A DNA stretch of 48,917 nt from an uncultured Clostridium sp. Its GTDB lineage: Bacteria; Bacillota; Clostridia; TANB77; CAG-508. The DNA lies in NCBI GenBank assembly GCA_947573555.1, contig CANPFO010000005.1, forward strand, positions 1 through 48,917, read 5' to 3'. A program made the position numbers and the translations under genes. The notes beneath the pieces are model-generated. The model searched no databases. It was not told where the DNA came from and saw only the letters and a program-made list of their open reading frames with translations. Positions 10,222-21,431 of this stretch are shown here, piece by piece; the first letter of the stretch is position 1, and every line of letters starts with the position of its first letter.

Positions 10222-11787
10222 ATGATACAAAAGAAAAATATTTTAGATAAAATTGTTAAGAAAAATTATAACAATATATTAGAAGAAATATTAGAAGAAA
10301 AAAGTTTTGACGAAAACGTAAAAAGTACCCTTTTAAGCATTTTATATAAAATAGAAGTAGCATATAAAGATATAGAAACTGTAAAAAAGAATATAGAAAC
10401 AAAAGAAGAATATATAACAAAAATATTAAAAAATATAAAAGAACAATGTAATTCGATAAAAATATTAAATATGAGTGAACATGAAGATATAATACCTAAA
10501 AACAAAACCTATATTATTGATAAAAATACAAAATCTATAATTTCATATCCAATAGAAAGAAAGCTATTATACGCAATATTCAAAATAAGTAAAAAAGAAT
10601 GTATAATAAAAGGAAAATACACATTCTTAAATGAAACATTATCTGAACTTATAAATGTTGGAAATTGTATAAATATGGTAGAACCACTAAGAGATTTTAA
10701 TGGTTATTCATGGTCTACAATACCACAAGAAATAGAAAGCATAGACCACAATTTAATATATCAAAACTTAAGAATACTTGTAGGAGATAAATTACTAAAT
10801 AAGTGGGTGAACAATAATGAATTCATAATAGATTATTTTGAGACTTTTAAAGAAGAATTACAAAAAAAATATGATAAAGAAAATGTGGAAAAAATAATAG
10901 AAAAATTATCAAAAATTTCTATATTATTGACTTATAAATATAATATAGACAAAATAGACAAAATAATATTAGAAAAAGAAATTGTAAAATCTGAATTACA
11001 AGAAATACAAGATAGAAAAGCATTTGTAGAAAAGAAAACCAAAAGAAAGCTAGAAATTTCTAATAAAATAAAAGAAATTGATACTATTATAAACAGCAGA
11101 AAACTATTAGAAAAAGAATATAACTCAAGGAATGAGCAACTTCCACTAGAAAAGAAAATATTTAGCATGAGAATATTATCAAAAATATTAGATAATGAGA
11201 AAGAGCAATATTTAAAAGAAATTGAAGAATTAAACAAAATACTAAATCCACAGAAATTTGTAACATATAAGAAGGAACTAGAAGAAAAATATTATTACCT
11301 AGAAATATTAGATGAAGAAGATAAGAACACAAAGCTAGATATATTAAAAAAAGAATTTCAAATGTTATTTTTAGAACTACTTAAAATGCAAATAAGCAAG
11401 ATAGAAACAAAACAGGAAATAGAAAAAGTTATATATGACTTTAGATATTATTTGTTAATACCATATGATTATAAAAGTAATATAGAAAAGGTAGAAGAAT
11501 TACAAGAAGAAATAGAAGAAGTATCAAAAATTATAGTCAATAAGGCAATAAAACTTAAAGCAATTGAAAAAGTTTCACAACAAGACGAAACTAATTATAA
11601 TATATTAAAGAATATATTTCATATTAGAATAATAAAAATGGAAGATGCATATTTAAAAATCATAAATGAAAACGATAAATATTTTCTTCAAATATTTGAT
11701 GAAAACATATTTGAAGAAAAAATTGAAATACAGAAACCAAAAGATTTATTAATTAAATTAAACAAAAAAGTATCAATTGTCCCTTGA
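10222..11787 (+). CDS. Hypothetical K/E/I-rich coiled-coil protein
   Basis: Long ORF with a GGAGG RBS. No motif recognised. Confidence 0.8.
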   Translation: MIQKKNILDKIVKKNYNNILEEILEEKSFDENVKSTLLSILYKIEVAYKDIETVKKNIETKEEYITKILKNIKEQCNSIKILNMSEHEDIIPKNKTYIIDKNTKSIISYPIERKLLYAIFKISKKECIIKGKYTFLNETLSELINVGNCINMVEPLRDFNGYSWSTIPQEIESIDHNLIYQNLRILVGDKLLNKWVNNNEFIIDYFETFKEELQKKYDKENVEKIIEKLSKISILLTYKYNIDKIDKIILEKEIVKSELQEIQDRKAFVEKKTKRKLEISNKIKEIDTIINSRKLLEKEYNSRNEQLPLEKKIFSMRILSKILDNEKEQYLKEIEELNKILNPQKFVTYKKELEEKYYYLEILDEEDKNTKLDILKKEFQMLFLELLKMQISKIETKQEIEKVIYDFRYYLLIPYDYKSNIEKVEELQEEIEEVSKIIVNKAIKLKAIEKVSQQDETNYNILKNIFHIRIIKMEDAYLKIINENDKYFLQIFDENIFEEKIEIQKPKDLLIKLNKKVSIVP

Positions 11788-11835
11788 AGGGCAAGACACA
11801 ATGATGTTAGCCTAATTTAGGAAAAGGAGGAATTT

Positions 11836-13482
11836 ATGAAAATTACATTTTTAGGAGCAACCAAGACAGTTACAGGTTCTAATTTTTTAGTAGAAGCTGC
11901 AGGAAAAAAATTTTTAGTTGACTGTGGATTATGGCAAGGAAAAAAAGAACTAGAAGAAGAAAATTTTGAAGAATTTGAATTTAACCCTACTGAAATAGAC
12001 TTTATGCTATTAACACATGCACATATAGATCATTCTGGAAGAATACCAAAATTATATAAAGAAGGATTTAAAAATACAATATATGCACACAAAGCGACAT
12101 GTGATTTATGTGCATTAATGTTACCAGATAGTGGACATATTCAAGAAATGGAAAATGAGTGGAAAAATAGAAAAAGATTAAGAAAAGGACTATCAGCAAG
12201 AGAACCACTATATACTGCAGAACAAGCAGTTAGATGTTTAGAAATATTTAAGCCAGTAAAATATGATGAAATAATAGAAATAACACCAGAAATCCACGTA
12301 AGATTTAATGATGCAGGACATATGCTAGGCTCAAGTATAATAGAATTATGGGTAAATGAAAATGGAGAACAAACTAAAACAGTATTTACAGGAGACTTAG
12401 GAAATAATGATATACCATTGCTAAGCGAACCTACAATGATAGAGGATGCAGACTATTTAATTATGGAATCAACATATGGTAGTAGAACACATGAAAAAAA
12501 CGAAGAAAAAGCAGAAATGTTCCTTCACATTGTCTCAGAGACAATAGAGAGAGGTGGAACAGTAGTAATTCCATCATTTGCAGTAGGAAGAACACAAGAA
12601 ATACTATATGAATTAAATAAAATAAAAGAAACAAGAGATGATGAAAAATTCTTAAAAGAGTATGAAACATTAATGAAGTCTGCTGTATATGTAGATAGTC
12701 CATTAGCAATATCAGCAACAGAAGTCTTTAAAGAAAATATGGACTTATTTGATGAAGAAACACAACAAGAAATGGAAAAAGGAGATAATCCACTTGAATT
12801 TCCTGGGCTAAAATTTACAGTAACAGCAGAAGAATCAAAAGCATTAAATGAAAGTACAGAACCAGCAATAATAATATCAGCAAGTGGAATGTGTGAAGTA
12901 GGAAGAATAAAACATCATTTAAAACATAATTTATGGAATCCAAATTCAACTATCTTATTTGTTGGATATCAAGCACCTGGAACATTGGGATATAGTATTG
13001 TAAATGGAACAAAAAAAGTAAAAATATTTGGAGAAGAAATAGCAGTAAATGCAAAAATAGAATATCTAGAGGGATATTCAGGCCATGCAGACCAAAAAGG
13101 ACTAATGAACTTTATTTATTCATTTATAAAAAAACCAAAGCAAATATTCTTAGTTCACGGAGAAGAAGAATCACAAGAAATATTAAAGGATAAAATATTA
13201 AGTGAAACTGATTTAAAAGTAAGCATCGCAGAGTTTGGAGAAACTTATGAATTAAATAAGGAATATGCAAAATTATTAACAAAGATAGACAAAGAGCTAC
13301 CAGTAAATAATAGAAGAGAAGTGCTAAAGAGATTAGAAAAATTGAAATATGAAATAGTAGATATGGAAACATCTGTAAGAGAAGATATGGAAAATAAAGA
13401 TTTGAAAGATGAAGATATTTTTAGAATCAGTGAGAAAATAAAAGACTTAGAGAAACAAATATTAAATGTAATAGAAGGATAG
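11836..13482 (+). CDS. MBL-fold beta-CASP RNA-processing nuclease
   Basis: LTHAHIDHSG, AGHMLGS, MESTYG, FAVGRTQE and SGHAD motifs. Confidence 0.93.
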   Translation: MKITFLGATKTVTGSNFLVEAAGKKFLVDCGLWQGKKELEEENFEEFEFNPTEIDFMLLTHAHIDHSGRIPKLYKEGFKNTIYAHKATCDLCALMLPDSGHIQEMENEWKNRKRLRKGLSAREPLYTAEQAVRCLEIFKPVKYDEIIEITPEIHVRFNDAGHMLGSSIIELWVNENGEQTKTVFTGDLGNNDIPLLSEPTMIEDADYLIMESTYGSRTHEKNEEKAEMFLHIVSETIERGGTVVIPSFAVGRTQEILYELNKIKETRDDEKFLKEYETLMKSAVYVDSPLAISATEVFKENMDLFDEETQQEMEKGDNPLEFPGLKFTVTAEESKALNESTEPAIIISASGMCEVGRIKHHLKHNLWNPNSTILFVGYQAPGTLGYSIVNGTKKVKIFGEEIAVNAKIEYLEGYSGHADQKGLMNFIYSFIKKPKQIFLVHGEEESQEILKDKILSETDLKVSIAEFGETYELNKEYAKLLTKIDKELPVNNRREVLKRLEKLKYEIVDMETSVREDMENKDLKDEDIFRISEKIKDLEKQILNVIEG

Positions 13483-13500
13483 AAGCATAGAAAAAAAGGG

Positions 13501-13746
13501 AAAGATGGACTAAGGGACACTCTTTTTGCAACTTAAATTGAGCAATGGAATGATGATATTGATTTTTATTAATAGCCTGAACGTTCCCAAAGACCCACTT
13601 TAGGCTTCAAACCCGACAACAGGCTTTTATAGAAGGGACTTAAGGGGTTGAAAATGACCCTGCTATTGAAGGTATTAATAAAAATCAATATCATCATTCC
13701 ATTGCTCAATTTAAGTTGCAAAAGGAGTGTCCCTTAGTCCCTCTTT
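13501..13746. mobile_element. Long palindromic (REPIN-like) element with 74-bp arms and a 98-bp inner segment
   Basis: 13501-13574 is the reverse complement of 13673-13746 with 2 mismatches. The arms resemble those at 41689-41842. Confidence 0.75.
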
Positions 13747-13767
13747 CGCACATAGAAAGGAAACAAA

Positions 13768-15666
13768 ATGGAAAATAAATATTTAAATGAAGCAATAATA
13801 GGAAATAAAAAAATGACAGCAACATATACAGCTAAAGGAGAATTACAAAGAATCTATTTCCCAAATAAAGACAATAGGCAATATATAAACTTTTTTCATA
13901 CAGGAGTTAAAATAAATGACTCTGATTTAATATATTTACATAATGACATAAATAATATATATAAACAATACTATGATACAGACACAAATATATTAAATAC
14001 TGAAATAACAAATACATACTTTAACTTAAAAATAGTTCAAACAGATTATATATTAATTAAAGAAAATATACTATCAAAAAAATATATATTTATAAATGAA
14101 GGAACAATAGACCTAGATATTGAATTTTATATACATTCTGAGCTTTTATCTGATAAAAATAATTTTGTAGGATGTAAAATAGTTGATGGTGGAATGATGC
14201 AATATGCACATGATTTTGCATTTTCAACTATAGCAAAAGGAAAAGAAATAATAAAACATCAAATAAATGGTAGTAAAAACAATATAAAAAGAACAGAAAT
14301 ATATGACAAAGATTATATTGGAATGTCAAATGACTCATCAATAGCATATAAAATAGGAAAAATAACACCAGGAGAAAAGCAGGAATTACAAATATGTATT
14401 TTTGCAGATGAAAATAGAAATGTATCAGATATAGAAGACGAAATTGAAAGAGTCAAAAGAATAGATTATAGTAAAGAATACATAAAAACCAAAACATATT
14501 GGAGAAAATATGTAAAAGAGCATAATGGGTTAAAAATAAAAGAACCACAAAATAGTTATGAAGAAAGAATATTTGAAATATACAAAAGAAGTATTCTATT
14601 ATTCCCATTATTAACAAATCCAGATACAGGAGCAATTATAGCATCGCCCGAAATAGATGAAGACTTCACAAAATGTGGAAGATACGCATATTGTTGGCCA
14701 AGAGATGCAGTATTTATAACAAAAGCAATGGACATTTTAAAAATGGAAAAAGAAACAGAAAAATTTTACAAGATTTTCTGTAAAAAAGTGCAAAGCAAGA
14801 ATGGAATGTTTGAACAAAGATTTTTTACAGATGGAAAATTAGCACCATGTTGGGGATATCAAATTGACGAAACAGCAAGTGTTGTATATGGTGTATATGA
14901 ACACTATAAATATACTAAATCTGAAAAATTTTTAAAAGACAATTTACAAATGTGTGAAAAAGCAATTGACTTTCTAAAAAGATATGTAAAAGACATCTTT
15001 GAAGAAACTAATAAATATCATGTTAGTTATGATTTGTGGGAAATGTGTGAGGGAAAACACTTATATTCATTAGCAAGTATATACTCAGCATTTGAATGTA
15101 TATTAAGAATATATGATGCTTTGGGTGATGATATTTCGGAATTTGAAAATAATAGATTAAAAGAAGAAAAAATACAAAAATCTAGAAAAGAAATAGAAAA
15201 ACTACAAACTGAAGTAAAAAAATATATAAACAATAATTTATATGATGAAGAAAAAAAATCATATGTAAGAAATACAGAAGACAAAAAGATGGACATAAGC
15301 ATATTAGGAGCTATAACACCATTTAATGTATTTAAACCTAAAGAAAAGAAAATACAAAATACAATAGAAAGAATAAACTTATCATTAAGAACATATACAG
15401 GTGGATATCAAAGATTTGAAAATGATAATTATATGAATGGAAATCCATGGCCTATTGCTAATTTATGGATGACTTTATATTATTTAGAAAGTGGAGAAAA
15501 GAAAAAGGCTAAAGAATGTTTTGACTTTGTTATAAAAACAGCAGGTAAACATTATTTTCTAGGAGAACAAGTGGATAATGAAACTTTAAAACCTAACTGG
15601 GTTATTGGATTAGGCTGGGCCCATGCAATGTTTATTATCGTTCTTGAGACAATTGGGACAGGTTAA
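13768..15666 (+). CDS. Glycoside hydrolase family 15 (glucoamylase-like)
   Basis: YAYCWPRD, QIDET, DLWE, EQVD and LGWAHA motifs. Confidence 0.92.
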   Translation: MENKYLNEAIIGNKKMTATYTAKGELQRIYFPNKDNRQYINFFHTGVKINDSDLIYLHNDINNIYKQYYDTDTNILNTEITNTYFNLKIVQTDYILIKENILSKKYIFINEGTIDLDIEFYIHSELLSDKNNFVGCKIVDGGMMQYAHDFAFSTIAKGKEIIKHQINGSKNNIKRTEIYDKDYIGMSNDSSIAYKIGKITPGEKQELQICIFADENRNVSDIEDEIERVKRIDYSKEYIKTKTYWRKYVKEHNGLKIKEPQNSYEERIFEIYKRSILLFPLLTNPDTGAIIASPEIDEDFTKCGRYAYCWPRDAVFITKAMDILKMEKETEKFYKIFCKKVQSKNGMFEQRFFTDGKLAPCWGYQIDETASVVYGVYEHYKYTKSEKFLKDNLQMCEKAIDFLKRYVKDIFEETNKYHVSYDLWEMCEGKHLYSLASIYSAFECILRIYDALGDDISEFENNRLKEEKIQKSRKEIEKLQTEVKKYINNNLYDEEKKSYVRNTEDKKMDISILGAITPFNVFKPKEKKIQNTIERINLSLRTYTGGYQRFENDNYMNGNPWPIANLWMTLYYLESGEKKKAKECFDFVIKTAGKHYFLGEQVDNETLKPNWVIGLGWAHAMFIIVLETIGTG

Positions 15667-15676
15667 GTTTGTCTCA
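15645..15676 (+). repeat. 32-bp REP-like hairpin, TGAGACA..GGGACAG..TGTCTCA family
   Basis: tgagacaattgggacaggttaagtttgtctca. Related copies at 37270, 37375 and 38485. Confidence 0.85.
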
Positions 15677-15718
15677 AAAAATATGTAGATAAAAGTCGAA
15701 AATTATTATAAATATATT

Positions 15719-15879
15719 GTTACTGGTCAGTCTTAAAATTTGTATGATAGCAAAAAAATGCTGATATATTAATATTTTTTGATAAAAACATAGCTAGGGT
15801 CTACCATTGGGTCTTTATCTTCAAAATATTAATATATCAGCATTTTAAGTATTTTTACTATCTAAGGCTGACCAGTAAC
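15719..15879. mobile_element. 161-bp MITE-like element with nested inverted repeats and the conserved 39-bp core
   Basis: Terminal IR gttactggtcagtctta/taaggctgaccagtaac (16/17). Perfect 24-bp inner IR at 15755-15778/15823-15846. Flanked by aatatatt on both sides. Confidence 0.8.
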
Positions 15880-15917
15880 AATATATTTAAATGAAATAAA
15901 GAAAATTATAATAATAC

Positions 15918-15946
15918 TTGAAAAGTAATGTTTTTTAATATAGAAT
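15918..15946 (+). promoter_or_regulatory. Putative sigma-A promoter of gap
   Basis: TTGAAA-17 bp-TAGAAT. Confidence 0.55.
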
Positions 15947-16100
15947 AGAATTGCCTAAAAAAAAGTGGGTAATAATATAAAGTAGCAAGAGGTATAAATT
16001 AAATTACTTAAATGAATACAAAATGCTAAAGCATTTTGCATAAGTTATCTGTAATCGGCAGAGCCTCAACAGCTAGCTTAAATCAAAAGGAGGAAAAATT

Positions 16101-17120
16101 ATGTCAGTAAAAGTAGCCATTAATGGTTTTGGACGTATAGGACGTCTAGCATTTAGACAAATGTTTGGAGCAGAGGGATATGAAATTGTTGCAATAAACG
16201 ATTTAACAGGTCCTGCAATGTTAGCTCAATTATTGAAATATGATTCAGCACAAGGAAAATATGAAAAAGCTGATACAGTAGTAGCAGGAGAAGATTCAAT
16301 AACAGTAGATGGAAAAACAATTAAAATATATGCAGAAAAAGAAGCATCAAACTTACCATGGAAAGCTCTTGATGTAGATGTAGTATTAGAATGTACAGGA
16401 TTTTACACAGCAAAAGATAAAGCACAAGCACATATAGATGCTGGAGCTAAAAAAGTTGTAATTTCAGCACCAGCTGGAAAAGATATACCAACAGTAGTGT
16501 TTGGTGTAAATGAAAATATATTAACACCAGAAGATACAATTATATCAGCAGCATCATGTACAACAAACTGCTTAGCTCCAATGGTAAAAGCATTAAATGA
16601 TTATGCACCAATTGAATCAGGAATAATGACAACAGTTCATGCGTATACAGGAGACCAAATGCTTTTAGATGGACCACATAGAAAAGGTGATTTTAGAAGA
16701 GCTAGAGCAGCAGCTATAAATATAGTACCAAACTCAACTGGAGCTGCAAAAGCAATTGGATTAGTTATTCCAGAATTAAACGGTAAATTAATAGGTTCTG
16801 CACAAAGAGTTCCTGTTGCAACAGGTTCAACAACAATATTAGTTGCTGTTGTAAAAGGCAATGATATAACAGAAGAATCTATAAATGCGGCAATGAAAGC
16901 AAAAAGCAATCAATCATTTGGATATACAGAGGAATTTTTAGTTTCTTCAGATATAATAGGAATGAGATATGGTTCATTATTTGATAGTACACAAACAATG
17001 GTAACAAAAATAGAAGATGGATTATATCAAGTTCAAGTAGTTTCTTGGTATGATAATGAAAATTCTTATACAAGCCAAATGGTAAGAACTATAAAATATT
17101 TTGCAGAATTAAAAAAATAA
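16101..17120 (+). CDS. gap: Type I glyceraldehyde-3-phosphate dehydrogenase
   Basis: [19 protein letters not shown] and SWYDNE motifs. Confidence 0.98.
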   Translation: MSVKVAINGFGRIGRLAFRQMFGAEGYEIVAINDLTGPAMLAQLLKYDSAQGKYEKADTVVAGEDSITVDGKTIKIYAEKEASNLPWKALDVDVVLECTGFYTAKDKAQAHIDAGAKKVVISAPAGKDIPTVVFGVNENILTPEDTIISAASCTTNCLAPMVKALNDYAPIESGIMTTVHAYTGDQMLLDGPHRKGDFRRARAAAINIVPNSTGAAKAIGLVIPELNGKLIGSAQRVPVATGSTTILVAVVKGNDITEESINAAMKAKSNQSFGYTEEFLVSSDIIGMRYGSLFDSTQTMVTKIEDGLYQVQVVSWYDNENSYTSQMVRTIKYFAELKK

Positions 17121-17133
17121 TTAAGAATTATAG

Positions 17134-17163
17134 AAAAAGAATACTTGAAAAGTATTCTTTTTT
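17134..17163 (+). terminator. Rho-independent terminator after gap, overlapping a putative pgk promoter
   Basis: aaaaagaatactt/aagtattcttttt stem. TTGAAA at 17145, 17 bp, TAAAAT at 17168. Confidence 0.7.
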
Positions 17164-17242
17164 AGTATAAAATTGTATCATAATCATAAATTAGGTAAAT
17201 ATTATAAAAAGTACCAATTTATAAAACCAGGAGGAATGAAAT

Positions 17243-18427
17243 ATGAATAAAAAAACTGTGAAGGATATTGATTTAAAAGGAAAAAAAGTATTTGTAAGAT
17301 GTGATTTCAATGTACCAATGGATGACAATCAAAATATAACAGACAACACAAGAATAGTAGCAGCACTACCAACAATAAAATACTTATTAGAACAAAATTG
17401 TAAAGTAATATTAGCATCACACTTAGGAAGACCAAAAGGAGAAGTAAAACCAGAATACTCATTAAAGCCAGTAGCAAAAGAATTATCAAAATTATTAAAT
17501 AGAGAAATAATAATGTCAAATGATGTAATTGGAGATGATTCAACAACAAAATCATCAAATTTAAAAGAAGGAGAAATATTACTTCTTGAAAATGTAAGAT
17601 TTCATAGAGAAGAAACAGACAATGAGCCAGAATTTGCAAAAAAATTAGCATCTATGGCAGAAATATTTGTAAATGATGCATTTGGAGCAGCACATAGAGC
17701 ACATGCATCAACAGCGGGAATAGCAGACTATATACCAGCTGTATCAGGATTTTTGATAGAGAAAGAATTAACAGTATTAGGCAATGCTATAAACAATCCT
17801 GAAAGACCATTTGTAGCAATCCTTGGAGGAGCAAAAGTATCAGATAAAATTGGTGTAATAGACAGTTTACTAGACAAAGTAGATACATTAATTATTGGTG
17901 GAGGAATGGCATATACATTTTTTAAAGCACAAGGATACAACGTTGGAAACTCTCTATGTGAAGTAGACAAAGTAAACTTAGCATTAGATGCTATGGAAAA
18001 AGCAAAACAAAAAGGTGTAAAATTAGTATTACCTATAGATACAAAAGTAGGAAAAGAGTTCAAACCAGATACAGAAAGCAAAACAGTAGCATGGACAGAG
18101 ATCCCAGATGAATGGGAAGGATTTGATATTGGAGAAAAAACAATAGAAATGTTTAAACAAGAATTAAAAAATGCAAAAACTGTAATTTGGAATGGACCAT
18201 TAGGATTATTTGAATTTGATCAATTTGCAATAGGAACAAATGCAATAGCAAAAACACTATCTGAGTTAGATGCAACAACAATAATAGGAGGAGGAGATTC
18301 AGGAGCAGCAGTAGAAAAAGCAGGATTAGCAGATAAAATGACACATATTTCAACAGGTGGTGGAGCATCTCTAGAATTCTTAGAAGGAAAAAAATTACCA
18401 GGAATAGAATGTCTTCAAGATAAATAA
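17243..18427 (+). CDS. pgk: Phosphoglycerate kinase
   Basis: [21 protein letters not shown] and [11 protein letters not shown] motifs. Confidence 0.98.
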   Translation: MNKKTVKDIDLKGKKVFVRCDFNVPMDDNQNITDNTRIVAALPTIKYLLEQNCKVILASHLGRPKGEVKPEYSLKPVAKELSKLLNREIIMSNDVIGDDSTTKSSNLKEGEILLLENVRFHREETDNEPEFAKKLASMAEIFVNDAFGAAHRAHASTAGIADYIPAVSGFLIEKELTVLGNAINNPERPFVAILGGAKVSDKIGVIDSLLDKVDTLIIGGGMAYTFFKAQGYNVGNSLCEVDKVNLALDAMEKAKQKGVKLVLPIDTKVGKEFKPDTESKTVAWTEIPDEWEGFDIGEKTIEMFKQELKNAKTVIWNGPLGLFEFDQFAIGTNAIAKTLSELDATTIIGGGDSGAAVEKAGLADKMTHISTGGGASLEFLEGKKLPGIECLQDK

Positions 18428-18458
18428 TGTGACAAAGGGGGCGTCCCTTTTTGGCACA
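18428..18458 (+). repeat. 31-bp REP-like hairpin, TGTGAC..GGCACA family
   Basis: tgtgacaaagggggcgtccctttttggcaca directly after the pgk stop. Related copy at 35013. Confidence 0.85.
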
Positions 18459-18475
18459 CATATAAGGAGAAATTA

Positions 18476-19015
18476 ATGGAATTATTAGATATATTAGATG
18501 AAGATGGAAATGTAATAGGAATAGAAGATAGAAAGATTGTACATGAAAAAGGATTATGGCACATACATGTTGGAGTATGGATTATGAATGAAGAAGGAAA
18601 ACTACTATTTCAAAAAAGAACATCAACTAAAAAAAGAAATCCTAATAAATGGACACGAACAGGAGGACACGTAGATAGTGGAGAATCTCCACTTATTGGA
18701 ATTCAAAGAGAAGTTGAAGAGGAAATAGGAGGAAGAATTCCTACAGAAAAATTCGAATTACTTAATATAGAAAAACTAGAAGCAGACGAATATAATCATC
18801 ATTTTACATATAATTATTTTATATGTGTAAAATATAAAATAGAAGAATATACGATGCAAAAGGAAGAAGTTAGTGATTTAAAATATATTTCAATTGAAGA
18901 AATGGAAGAAATAAAAAGAAACAATGATGAAAATTATACTTTTGTAAAATGGGATACTATAGATGAGAAAATAAATATGTTGAAGCAGAAAAGAGAGGAA
19001 ATTTGGCAAAAATAG
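18476..19015 (+). CDS. NUDIX hydrolase, IPP-isomerase-like subfamily
   Basis: GGHVDSGE...REVEEEIG Nudix box, plus HEKGLWH and LLFQKR. Confidence 0.9.
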   Translation: MELLDILDEDGNVIGIEDRKIVHEKGLWHIHVGVWIMNEEGKLLFQKRTSTKKRNPNKWTRTGGHVDSGESPLIGIQREVEEEIGGRIPTEKFELLNIEKLEADEYNHHFTYNYFICVKYKIEEYTMQKEEVSDLKYISIEEMEEIKRNNDENYTFVKWDTIDEKINMLKQKREEIWQK

Positions 19016-19061
19016 ACAAAAAAGGAGACAGGAAAAAACAATATATCAAAGGAGGAAAAGG

Positions 19062-19814
19062 ATGAGAAAAAAAGTAATTGCAGGAAACTGGAAAATGAAT
19101 ATGCTTCCAAATGAAGCAATAGATTTTATAGATAAATTTGCACCACAAGTAAAGGAAACAAAAAATGAAGTAATATTATGTGTACCTTATACAGATTTAT
19201 TTTATGCTTTGCTAACAGCACAAGGTACAAATATTAAAATAGGTGCACAAAATATGCATTTTGAAGAAAGTGGAGCATATACAGGAGAAGTATCAGCAAA
19301 AATGCTAAAAGCAATTGGTGTTGAATATGTTATAATAGGTCACTCTGAGAGAAGACAATACTTTAATGAAACTGATGAAACAGTAAATAAGAAGATAAAA
19401 ACAGCTTTTCAAAATGAGTTAAAACCAATTGTATGTGTAGGGGAGACTTTAGAACAAAGAGAAGAAAATAAAACAAAAGAAGTTATTACAAAACAAACAG
19501 AATTAGCTTTAGATGGTTTGACAGAAGAACAAGTTAAAAATACAATAATAGCATATGAACCAATTTGGGCAATAGGAACAGGAAAGACAGCAACATCTGA
19601 ACAAGCAAATGATGCAATAAAATCAATTCGTGACAAAATTTGTCAAATCTATGGACAAAATGTGGCTGACGGAGTTATAATACAATATGGCGGTAGCGTA
19701 AAGTCATCAAATGCAAAAGAATTATTTGAGATGTCAGATATTGATGGAGGATTAGTTGGAGGAGCAAGCTTAAAGCCAGATGAATTTGCAAAAATAGTTA
19801 ATTATACAGATTAG
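19062..19814 (+). CDS. tpiA: Triosephosphate isomerase
   Basis: AGNWKMN, GHSERR, AYEPIWAIGTG and YGGSV motifs. Confidence 0.98.
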   Translation: MRKKVIAGNWKMNMLPNEAIDFIDKFAPQVKETKNEVILCVPYTDLFYALLTAQGTNIKIGAQNMHFEESGAYTGEVSAKMLKAIGVEYVIIGHSERRQYFNETDETVNKKIKTAFQNELKPIVCVGETLEQREENKTKEVITKQTELALDGLTEEQVKNTIIAYEPIWAIGTGKTATSEQANDAIKSIRDKICQIYGQNVADGVIIQYGGSVKSSNAKELFEMSDIDGGLVGGASLKPDEFAKIVNYTD

Positions 19815-19858
19815 TTAAGTATATTTTGATATCTATATAAAAGAAAGGAATCATAAAG

Positions 19859-21400
19859 ATGAATGATAAAGTAACAATGCTAATGATATTAGATGGTTTT
19901 GGCGACAATAAAAATAAAGATGGAAATGCAATAAAATTAGCCAATACACCTAATATAGATAGACTAATGAAAAAATATCCTAACACAGATATATATACAA
20001 GTGGACTACATGTGGGATTACCAGAAGGACAAATGGGAAACTCTGAAGTAGGGCATACTAATATAGGAGCTGGGAGAATAGTATATCAAGAATTAACAAG
20101 AATAACTAAATCAATAGAAGATGGAGATTTCTTTAGCAATCAAGAACTTATAGCTGCAATAGAAAATTGTAAGAAAAACAATTCAAAATTGCATATTTTA
20201 GGATTAGTATCAGATGGAGGAGTTCACAGTCATATAAGACATTTATATGCTTTATTAGAGATGGCTAAAAGAAGAGACTTTGAAGATGTATATGTACATT
20301 GCTTTTTAGACGGAAGAGATACACCACCAGCATCAGCTGAAAGTTATATATCACAATTACAAGAGAAAATGAAAGAAAAACAAGTTGGTAAAATAGCAAC
20401 ACTTTCAGGAAGATTTTATGCAATGGATAGAGACAAAAGATGGGAAAGAGTTGAAAAATGTTATAATGCATTAGTAAACGGAGATGGAATAAAAGCAGGA
20501 GATTGCATAAAAGCAATTGAAGATTCATATCAAAAAGAAGTATTTGACGAATTTGTTGAGCCAACAGTAATAGTAAATAGTAATGATGATCCTGTTGCAA
20601 AAATAGAAGAAAATGATTCTGTAATATTCTTCAATTTCAGACCAGATAGAGCTAGAGAAATAACAAGAGCATTAGTAGACCAAGAATTTAATGGATTTGA
20701 AACTAAGAAAATGAATTTGTATTATGTATGTTTTACAAATTATGATGAAACTATGCCAAATGTACAAATAGCATTCAAAAAAGAAGCATTAAAAAATACA
20801 TTTGGAGAAGTAGTAAGTAATAACAAAAAAACACAATTAAGAATTGCAGAAACAGAAAAATATGCACATGTAACATTCTTCTTTAATGGCGGAGAAGAAA
20901 AACAATATGAAGGAGAAGACAGAATATTAGTACCATCACCTAAAGTAGAAACTTATGATATGAAACCAGAAATGAGTGCATATGAAGTAACAGACAAAGT
21001 ATGTGAAGCTTTAAAAAATGATAAATATGATGTAGTTATATTAAACTATGCAAATACAGATATGGTAGGACATACAGGAAGTTTAGAAGCAGCAATAAAA
21101 GCTGTTGAAACAGTAGACGAATGTGTTGGAAGAGTTATAAAAATTATAGAAGAGAAAAAAGGAAACTTAATAATAACAGCAGATCATGGAAATGCAGAAC
21201 AAATGATAGATTATAAAACAGGGGAGCCACATACAGCACATACAACAAATCCAGTTCCAATAGTATTACTAACAGAAAATAAAGATATTAAATTAAAAGA
21301 AAATGGAAAATTAGCAGATTTAGCACCAACAATGCTTGATTTAATGGGTATAGAAAAACCAAAAGAAATGACAGGAGAAAGTTTATTGGTCAAAGAATAG
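19859..21400 (+). CDS. gpmI: 2,3-bisphosphoglycerate-independent phosphoglycerate mutase
   Basis: [21 protein letters not shown] and TADHGNAE motifs. Confidence 0.97.
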   Translation: MNDKVTMLMILDGFGDNKNKDGNAIKLANTPNIDRLMKKYPNTDIYTSGLHVGLPEGQMGNSEVGHTNIGAGRIVYQELTRITKSIEDGDFFSNQELIAAIENCKKNNSKLHILGLVSDGGVHSHIRHLYALLEMAKRRDFEDVYVHCFLDGRDTPPASAESYISQLQEKMKEKQVGKIATLSGRFYAMDRDKRWERVEKCYNALVNGDGIKAGDCIKAIEDSYQKEVFDEFVEPTVIVNSNDDPVAKIEENDSVIFFNFRPDRAREITRALVDQEFNGFETKKMNLYYVCFTNYDETMPNVQIAFKKEALKNTFGEVVSNNKKTQLRIAETEKYAHVTFFFNGGEEKQYEGEDRILVPSPKVETYDMKPEMSAYEVTDKVCEALKNDKYDVVILNYANTDMVGHTGSLEAAIKAVETVDECVGRVIKIIEEKKGNLIITADHGNAEQMIDYKTGEPHTAHTTNPVPIVLLTENKDIKLKENGKLADLAPTMLDLMGIEKPKEMTGESLLVKE

Positions 21401-21431
21401 GGGTAAATTTGAAAAATAATCTTAAGAAAGA

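Noticed and set aside
11773-11804. ttgtcccttgaagggcaa hairpin over a stop codon as another GGGAC REP
   Set aside because: It has GTCCC, but the stem matches none of the repeat families, so it could be chance.
13575-13672. Interior of the long palindrome as 6S RNA, tRNA or a riboswitch
   Set aside because: No cloverleaf or known consensus was recognised, and the arms are related to another dispersed element. An Rfam search was not possible.
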